Translations under genes and position numbers: made by a program
Origin: Thermoproteota archaeon
GTDB lineage: Archaea; Korarchaeota; Korarchaeia; Korarchaeales; Korarchaeaceae
Assembly (NCBI GenBank): GCA_015522685.1
Contig: WALU01000017.1
Span: 1-13,000 of the forward strand
Length of the DNA stretch: 13,000 nt
Direction of reading: 5' to 3'
Notes under the pieces: model-generated
Database searches by the model: none
Seen by the model: the letters and a program-made list of their open reading frames with translations, nothing else
Told to the model about the DNA's origin: nothing
Part shown: piece after piece, positions 7,565 to 13,000 of the stretch
Numbering within the stretch: position 1 is the stretch's first letter
Layout of the letters: every line of letters begins with the position of its first letter

Positions 7565-8095
7565 CTATGAGGAGATATGTATCCTCGGCATCACGTACTT
7601 TGGGACTACATATCCTGCTATTGCATTGGAAACTATAGCTACTATAAATATGGTGGAAACTATGAAAGTTCCAAAGTCTATCAACTTATGTAGAAATAGT
7701 GTGATAAAGAAATACTGATAAAGGCCAGCGAAGAAGCTTGATAAGATCATTGTAGCAGTGATTATGCCAGCATTATATTTGCCCACCCTTGCATCCCTGT
7801 AAACGCCAAGCAGATTGAAAAAGAAATCTACCACTGCCCCTCTCACCACGAAGGCACCTAGTATCAAGAGGAAAAGGAAAGACTGGAAGCTATAAAGCAG
7901 ACCAGCAACTATAGATATTATAGTGGCCGAGAGAGGGAAGCCTACCACGAGAACTCCAGTTAAGAGAACTAAAGCATAGACTATGGCCCCATAACTAACA
8001 GTTAGCTTGACAAACAAGGCAGATAAAAAAGCTAGCACAGAGAACATAGCCAGAAGGCTTATTCTAAGGCTGGCTCTTTCTTTCGCGAGATTCAT
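7565..8095 (-). CDS. Integral membrane protein of ~176 aa, ECF S-component-like
   Basis: About 5-6 hydrophobic segments and a size typical of S components. N-terminal 'ISLLAMFSVLAF', a central 'GAVVD' and a C-terminal 'SNAIAG...PRI' resemble S-component architecture. Start is ATG 8095 (fits the TATA spacing) or 8119. Confidence 0.6.
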   Translation of the reverse strand: MNLAKERASLRISLLAMFSVLAFLSALFVKLTVSYGAIVYALVLLTGVLVVGFPLSATIISIVAGLLYSFQSFLFLLILGAFVVRGAVVDFFFNLLGVYRDARVGKYNAGIITATMILSSFFAGLYQYFFITLFLHKLIDFGTFIVSTIFIVAIVSNAIAGYVVPKYVMPRIHISS

Positions 8096-8121
8096 GATAC
8101 CACTTAGCGGATTCATCAATT

Positions 8122-8157
8122 TATTTTATAAAATAGTTACGTTATCATCAATTAACG
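8122..8157 (-). promoter_or_regulatory. Promoter of the membrane protein/radical SAM unit: palindromic TATA plus an adjacent inverted repeat
   Basis: Perfect 14-bp palindrome TATTTTATAAAATA (8122-8135) containing TTTATAAA, and CGTTA-N8-TAACG at 8140-8157. Confidence 0.55.
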
Positions 8158-8223
8158 AAGGCTATGCCTTACTCATAATGAGCTAGAAGTCCTTTCCAGT
8201 CATAGATCTCACCTTACCTCATC

Positions 8224-9027
8224 TCACAAATATCCGAGGGTACGCATCACGAAGAGTACTGTATATAAAACGCCCAATATGAAGGAGCTTACCACCACAG
8301 CCTTGTCCAATTTGCTCAACCTGAGTTCTCTATACCAAGTATGGCATCTTTCCTCCCCAAACCCCCTAAGCTCCATTGCATCAGCTATATCATATATAGA
8401 AAGTGTTGCAGATATTGTAACAGGTACCACTAGAGGCACCAGGGCCAAGAGCTTTAATATGGGGTTCTTTCCTCCCTTTGGCCTGAAACCCCTTGCCATC
8501 TGGGCCTCTAAGGTTTTCTTCATCTCATCGATAAATTCGGGGACATATCTTAGTGCTAACTGTATCACATAAGCTTGCTTATATGAAAAGCCCATCTGCC
8601 CTAAAGCTGGAGCATAAAGGTTGGGAGATGTCGTGAAGACGAGCGTGGCAGTGGCTATTGCTAGGGTCAAAAGCTTAACTACAGGAGTGGCTGCCTCTAA
8701 TATTATCTTGGGTGACGATAGCTTAACTAGAAGCTTGCCTGTTGTGCTAGCTCCACTATAGAGGACAGCTATCGTCAGGTAATTCAAGGCTGAGAGCGCT
8801 ACAGTTATGATTAGAATAAACTTCCAAGTTTCCTTCGTCCTACTCCATGGGAGATCAGCTAGAAGGTAGAAGAAAAGGGAGATTACCAAAAGAGGTACAA
8901 GGAGCGCTATATTGAAGGTCAAGGTTAGGCTTAGAACAAAAAGAAAAATAAAGGTAAGTTTGGCCCTAGGATCTAGCTTGTGGACTGGGCTTTTTCCTTC
9001 TACGTACTTTATGAACCTCGTTGACAT
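8224..9027 (-). CDS. ecfT: ECF transporter transmembrane T component
   Basis: 'SPVHKLDPRAKL', 'LALRYVP', and the two conserved X-Arg-Gly motifs 'EAQMARG' and 'AMELRGF'. Starts 1 nt after the S-component stop. Confidence 0.95.
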   Translation of the reverse strand: MSTRFIKYVEGKSPVHKLDPRAKLTFIFLFVLSLTLTFNIALLVPLLVISLFFYLLADLPWSRTKETWKFILIITVALSALNYLTIAVLYSGASTTGKLLVKLSSPKIILEAATPVVKLLTLAIATATLVFTTSPNLYAPALGQMGFSYKQAYVIQLALRYVPEFIDEMKKTLEAQMARGFRPKGGKNPILKLLALVPLVVPVTISATLSIYDIADAMELRGFGEERCHTWYRELRLSKLDKAVVVSSFILGVLYTVLFVMRTLGYL

Positions 9028-9028
9028 G

Positions 9029-9589
9029 TCATACTCTCCTAGCCCTACTCTTTACTGCTGCTGCATAGGCAGCAACGAGTATGGGTGTTAAGATGGCTCC
9101 ATTGATCGCATCCGTCACCGCTGCTGGAATGAAGAGGGCATACGTTGCCTCCTGTATAGTAGAAACTCCATAACCAAGTAAGTAATCTGTATAGGCGGCA
9201 AATCCCATTCCCACTATGGAACCAACGATAGCTAGTACTATGCAGGTGATATACCCTTTCTTCTTAAAGAGGTCTTCCTTGGAAATAAAATACACTACTA
9301 AACCAGGTATTAGCCCAATAAGTCCATTCCCTACATCCCAATCCCACCAAAAGCCTCCCCAGCTTATTGCATCGCTTATTATATTTCCAAGGAAGCCTGT
9401 GATGAAACCAACAACCGGGCCAAATATATAACCGAAAAACATGGGTATACTAACGCTAGGCCTCATAGCAACCAGCTGGGTTCCCGGGAGCTGGAAAATG
9501 TTGAAGAATACATTGAATGCTGCATAGAGGGCTGTCCCTATTCCCATAGCCACCAAACCGGTGGTAGAAAAAGATTCTCTGCTACTCAT
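9029..9589 (-). CDS. ECF transporter substrate-binding S component, UPF0397/DUF1393 (MtsT-like) family
   Basis: 'LVAMGIGTALYA', 'RP.V.IPMFFG.IFGPVVGF.TGFLGN..SD...WG..WW.W..GNGLIG'. Start is ATG 9589 (MSSRESF) or GTG 9619. Confidence 0.88.
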   Translation of the reverse strand: MSSRESFSTTGLVAMGIGTALYAAFNVFFNIFQLPGTQLVAMRPSVSIPMFFGYIFGPVVGFITGFLGNIISDAISWGGFWWDWDVGNGLIGLIPGLVVYFISKEDLFKKKGYITCIVLAIVGSIVGMGFAAYTDYLLGYGVSTIQEATYALFIPAAVTDAINGAILTPILVAAYAAAVKSRARRV

Positions 9590-9638
9590 ACTACCACTTC
9601 GGTTCCTCCCTCTAATCACTTATATCCATTCTGTAGCA

Positions 9639-11222
9639 TCATGAGTACGCATCCATCAGTTCCCTGATTCCCAAGACATACCTTCCTCCAGTTATTTCCC
9701 TTCCGACCTTCACTAAGCTGGTTTCTCTTATTCTTCCTATCCTAAGATAATCTCTGTTAGCGATAACTCCTCTCGTTGGTCCATCTGCTACTATCCTTCC
9801 ATCAGAGAGTATAACTGTCCTATTGGTATACTCTATTGCCAGATCTGTATCATGCGTTATCACAATAACAGTCTTTATCGTTCCCATGAGCCTCGTGATG
9901 AAATCCATAAAGGAGGTATAACTGGCATAATCCTGTCCGGCAGTAGGCTCATCTAATATCAGAATCTTAGGCTTCATTGTGAGTACAGAACCAACACATA
10001 TCCTCTTCTTCTCCCCATGACTTGCAGCGAATGGGGAGTAGCTAAGTAGCTGGTTTATCTTACACTTGACCGATACCTCCTTTACCCTCCTCAGGATCTC
10101 TCCCTTCTCTACTCCAAGGTTCTTTGGTCCATAGGAAAGCTCCTCTTCAACACTCTTTGCGAACAGCATGTTGAATGGATCTTGAAAGATGAGGCCAACG
10201 TAAGGGGCTATCTCATAGACCTCCCTCTCTTTCGTATCTATTCCATAGACAAGAACCCTTCCCCTTGTCGGTTTGAGTATTCCCAACATCAGCTTTGCTA
10301 GAGTACTCTTACCAGCCCCATTATTTCCTAGAAGAGCTATCTTTTCGCCCTCCCTTATCTCAAGATTTATATCTTGGAGAGTTGGTTTACCATTATAACT
10401 GAAGCTAACATCCTCGAACTTCACAGCCAGTTTTCCCACATGGGATCTAATATTATATTCCGGCCTAACTGCCTTAGATCGAGAGAAAAATACTCTAGCT
10501 GGTACCTTTATGATATCGGCAAACTCCTTGAGTTCCTCCTCACTCTTAAGCTCCTTTATTATCCTGCCCCTGTCCATGACAAGTATGCGATCCACTCCTA
10601 CATCCAACACTTCCTCAGTCCTATGCTCCGTTATGATCACAGTTTTTCCTCTTTTCTTCATCTCCCTGACATGATCCTGAACCAGACGAACACCCTCGCT
10701 ATCCAGATTAGCTAGAGGCTCATCCATAAGTATTATTGGGGGATCCATAGCTAGAACATCAGCTATTGCTATCCTCTGCTTCTCTCCTCCACTGATCTCA
10801 TTAACATCCCTTCCCCTCAAATATAAGGCATTTACATGCTTCAATGCAGCCTCAACCCTGCTTTTAACATCCTCTCTGGGAACACATAGATTACAGGGAC
10901 CAAAAGCGACATCATCTTCAACGTTTGGAAGCACTAGCTGCTTGCTTACCTCCTGCATCACAGTTCCAACGAGTCTAGATAAATGGGAGAGGCTTGCTCC
11001 CTTAACGGTCATTCCCATTACTTTTACCTCTCCCCCATACCTTCCCTCATATCTGTTAGGGATAAGGCCATTTATCGTCTTTATCAAGGTAGATTTACCG
11101 CATCCGCTCCTCCCTACAACAAGTATTGTCTCTCCATCCCTAATGCGAAAATTCACGTTATACAGAGCAGGAGTATCTTTATTCATATATGTAAAGGTCA
11201 AATCCCTTACTTCAATTGCCAC
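9639..11222 (-). CDS. ecfA: ECF transporter fused tandem ATPase (A-A')
   Basis: Two ABC cassettes: GRSGCGKST / ISGGEKQR / ILMDEP / TEH, and GNNGAGKST / SHGEKKR / ILDEPTAGQD / ITHD. Start set at GTG 11222 (MAIEVRDL) because TTTTTAA lies 22-28 nt upstream. The ORF-track TTG 11243 sits directly against that TATA. Confidence 0.93.
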   Translation of the reverse strand: MAIEVRDLTFTYMNKDTPALYNVNFRIRDGETILVVGRSGCGKSTLIKTINGLIPNRYEGRYGGEVKVMGMTVKGASLSHLSRLVGTVMQEVSKQLVLPNVEDDVAFGPCNLCVPREDVKSRVEAALKHVNALYLRGRDVNEISGGEKQRIAIADVLAMDPPIILMDEPLANLDSEGVRLVQDHVREMKKRGKTVIITEHRTEEVLDVGVDRILVMDRGRIIKELKSEEELKEFADIIKVPARVFFSRSKAVRPEYNIRSHVGKLAVKFEDVSFSYNGKPTLQDINLEIREGEKIALLGNNGAGKSTLAKLMLGILKPTRGRVLVYGIDTKEREVYEIAPYVGLIFQDPFNMLFAKSVEEELSYGPKNLGVEKGEILRRVKEVSVKCKINQLLSYSPFAASHGEKKRICVGSVLTMKPKILILDEPTAGQDYASYTSFMDFITRLMGTIKTVIVITHDTDLAIEYTNRTVILSDGRIVADGPTRGVIANRDYLRIGRIRETSLVKVGREITGGRYVLGIRELMDAYS

Positions 11223-11243
11223 AGATTTACAGCAGCTGAGCAA

Positions 11244-11250
11244 TTAAAAA
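11244..11250 (-). promoter_or_regulatory. TATA box of the ECF operon
   Basis: TTTTTAA on the minus strand, the same motif and a similar spacing as the YbaK promoter. Confidence 0.5.
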
Positions 11251-11472
11251 GATATCTTGAATCATCTATAAGAAAAGGAAAAGATGCTTTCTGCTAGATT
11301 CTAGCTGCAGCTTGTCTATTATTGTAATAATCTCTTGAGGTAATCTTTGAAGGAGAAGATCTCTTTATTACTCAAAGTAGTATATACTATAAGAAGAATT
11401 ATGAATTTACTCTACTCTAAGGAAAAGTTATAGTACAGTATTGCTCTGCGAAGATCTTCTGCATATCTAATC

Positions 11473-11496
11473 CAATACATCAAAGCTAATGTATTG
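11473..11496. repeat. Inverted repeat CAATACAT-N8-ATGTATTG
   Basis: Perfect 8-bp arms at 11473-11480 and 11489-11496 in the btpA-ecfA intergenic region. Confidence 0.8.
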
Positions 11497-11616
11497 ATCT
11501 GGTAACCTCAGTAGCCCTAGTAATCTCTAGCTTTCTCTCCGCCTACTACACTCCATCCTACCTCAGTATCTAATGGCTCAGTTAAATCAGAGCTTACCGA
11601 ACTCCTTTACAACTTC

Positions 11617-12426
11617 TCAAGATTTCCTGATACCTTCTACAGCCTCTACAATTCTTTTAACCCTCTCTGAACTGACAGGCATCTTTATTTCTCCATTCAT
11701 CTTGATCCACGTCCCAACAATGGCTCCATCTGCTATTCTCAAGAGTTGATGGATATTTGACGAATCCAAGCCGCTTCCTACGATGACCGGTACATTAGGA
11801 ACAGAGTTCTTTGTATCTCTCACGGAGCTAACGCTCGGAGGGCTTCCTGTGGACGTACCAGTAACTACAACAGCATCAGCCATCCCTCTGAGCACGGCAG
11901 CCCTAGCTGCTTCCCCCACCTCCAAGTTAACAAGGGGCTTAGCATGCTTACACAAAACGTCAGCCATTATCCTCACATCTCTCTTCCCTAGAAGCCTTAT
12001 CTCTCTCATTACATCCCAAGCCTTCGGCTGTATTATTCCCTGATCAGTCACGAGGGTATCTGTATAGGCATTACATCTTATGAACTGAGCACCTGTGACG
12101 TGTGCTATTGCCGCAGCTGAGACACAGTCGCTCCTGAGGACATCTACTCCAACCGGAAGGGATATTTCCCTCCTAATTTCAGTTACTGCTAAGGTCATGG
12201 CAGATACTACCCCAGGACCTACTCTACCTCTAGTGAGCGGCAGATCCCAGAAATTCTCGACAATTATTCCATCGAATCCACCCTCTTCTATTGCTCTGGC
12301 ATCTCTCAATGATCCCTCTATTACTGAAGAAATATCTCCTTCATAGTTGGGAGATTCAGGGAGAGGTTTAAGGTGAACCATGCCTATAAGAGGTTTATCT
12401 ACCTCGAAGAGATCCTCTAACCACAC
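11617..12426 (-). CDS. btpA: BtpA/SgcQ family TIM-barrel protein
   Basis: 'KPLIGMVHLKPLP.SP', 'GGFDGIIVENFWD.P', 'PVGVDVLR.D', 'A.FIR.N', 'TDQGII', 'ADV..KHA', 'ADAVVVTG..TG', 'VIVGSG' and 'ADGAIVGT..K'. Start is GTG 12426 or TTG 12444. Confidence 0.93.
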   Translation of the reverse strand: MWLEDLFEVDKPLIGMVHLKPLPESPNYEGDISSVIEGSLRDARAIEEGGFDGIIVENFWDLPLTRGRVGPGVVSAMTLAVTEIRREISLPVGVDVLRSDCVSAAAIAHVTGAQFIRCNAYTDTLVTDQGIIQPKAWDVMREIRLLGKRDVRIMADVLCKHAKPLVNLEVGEAARAAVLRGMADAVVVTGTSTGSPPSVSSVRDTKNSVPNVPVIVGSGLDSSNIHQLLRIADGAIVGTWIKMNGEIKMPVSSERVKRIVEAVEGIRKS

Positions 12427-12604
12427 ATTATATCCCCAGTCCAATTACATGTGCAAGTAATACAATTTTTCCCTTTGATTCCATTCACCTCTCAATTAAG
12501 CTAAGGGTTGAGAGCAGCATCTTTACTTTAGTCGGAGGTTTTATAGAACTGGCCCTCGTTGGGACACTCAACGTTTTTAATTATGGAGACTCTATTACAA
12601 GGAT

Positions 12605-12767
12605 ATGACTTGAGCTTCAGGGGGGTACGAAAACCTGAAGAAGAGAAAATCCTTCCTAGAGCTGGCGAATTACAACCTCCCCAAAGGATTTTTACGAGCT
12701 TGCCGTCTTCAATTCTCACCAAGCCGTAGAGTTCTTCACGCACGCATATTCTTCTCTTGGAGCATGA
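12605..12767 (+). pseudogene. HEPN-domain gene fragment (N-terminal ~45 codons, two frameshifts, truncated)
   Basis: Removing one base each from G6 (12620-12625) and T5 (12689-12693) gives MSFRGYENLKKRKSFLELANYNLPKGFYELAVFNSHQAVEFF from TTG 12610. This matches the HEPN 'A...L..G.Y..A.F..HQAVE' signature. TTTTTAA at 12574-12580 lies upstream. Confidence 0.75.
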
Positions 12768-12773
12768 TTATAA
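12768..12773 (+). promoter_or_regulatory. TATA box of the MNT-like gene
   Basis: TTATAA 24-29 nt upstream of ATG 12797. Confidence 0.5.
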
Positions 12774-12796
12774 GCTGCTAAGACCCCTCAACAAAT

Positions 12797-13000
12797 ATGT
12801 TCCCGATAATAGTGGAAGAATCCTCGCATGAATGGCTTGATGTGATTCTAAGTTATGCTTCCAAGCTAAGAGAAACCTATGGAGATAGATTGGTAAGAGT
12901 GGTGGCTCTCCCAAGTCCTGATCAAGAGGTATATGAGTCAAACGTCCTAGTGGTGCTGGATCGCTATAGCTCCGAGGATATGGAGAAGGTGGTGGAGCTA
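12797..13000 (+). CDS. Minimal nucleotidyltransferase (MNT)-like protein with degenerate active site; 3'-truncated by window edge, absent from the ORF track
   Basis: 68 open codons: MFPIIVEESSHEWLDVILSYASKLRETYGDRLVRVVALPSPDQEVYESNVLVVLDRYSSEDMEKVVEL. The helix-'YGDRLVRVV'-strand...'VLVVLD' layout is MNT-like, but the GS and DxD residues are missing. Confidence 0.6.
   Translation, partial: MFPIIVEESSHEWLDVILSYASKLRETYGDRLVRVVALPSPDQEVYESNVLVVLDRYSSEDMEKVVEL

Noticed and set aside
5304-8213. RiPP cluster interpretation (two SPASM maturases plus a precursor peptide)
   Set aside because: No RRE/PqqD domain, peptidase or exporter is present. Both enzymes have NirJ/Ahb-type motifs, and the only nearby mini-ORF is 6 codons.
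11500-11616. Purine-rich minus-strand stretch after btpA with GAGGTAGG-ATG
   Set aside because: All frames stop quickly and I could not assign any family. It may be another relic but I cannot support a call.
8279-12346. Plus-strand ORFs 8279-8572, 9216-9431, 10374-10715, 10942-11247, 10983-11297, 11783-12043 and 12095-12346
   Set aside because: Antisense to the ECF genes and btpA; no independent evidence of coding.
12528-12743. 71-aa minus-strand ORF
   Set aside because: The plus strand carries a recognisable HEPN fragment and promoter over the same bases.
1-13000. CRISPR array, tRNA/rRNA genes, IS elements, integrase
   Set aside because: No regularly spaced repeats, cloverleaf or rRNA signatures, transposase motifs or terminal inverted repeats were seen by eye.

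Overview
Archaeal-looking DNA, probably from a thermophile. The evidence is AGG/ATA-rich codons, TATA boxes about 22-31 nt upstream of leaderless starts, and GGTGA-type SD sites inside operons. Intact genes from left to right: 3' end of an SsuC/TauC-type ABC permease, a TrmO/TsaA-family SAM-binding protein, a YbaK/EbsC tRNA-editing protein, a DeoD/MTAP-type nucleoside phosphorylase and a YtcJ-like amidohydrolase. A minus-strand block follows. In transcription order it holds a BtpA/SgcQ gene; a complete ECF importer (fused A-A' ATPase, UPF0397/MtsT-like S component, T component); and a separately promoted three-gene unit of a second S-component-like membrane protein, an AhbC-like radical SAM and an AhbD-like/TIGR04053-type radical SAM. 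The most notable feature is that both radical SAM enzymes have lost every AuxI cluster cysteine and keep only the AuxII set, and they are co-transcribed with an apparent extra ECF substrate subunit. This is a candidate import-and-remodel (salvage) system for a tetrapyrrole or other cofactor. Most gaps also hold gene relics that the ORF track misses or shows only in part: an AlkA-like N-terminus, a vapB tail, a vapC broken by an exact 5-bp duplication, a HAD hydrolase, an aldo/keto reductase tail and a frameshifted HEPN fragment. The window ends in an MNT-like gene that lacks the catalytic motif. All family assignments come from motif recognition by eye; no database search was run.
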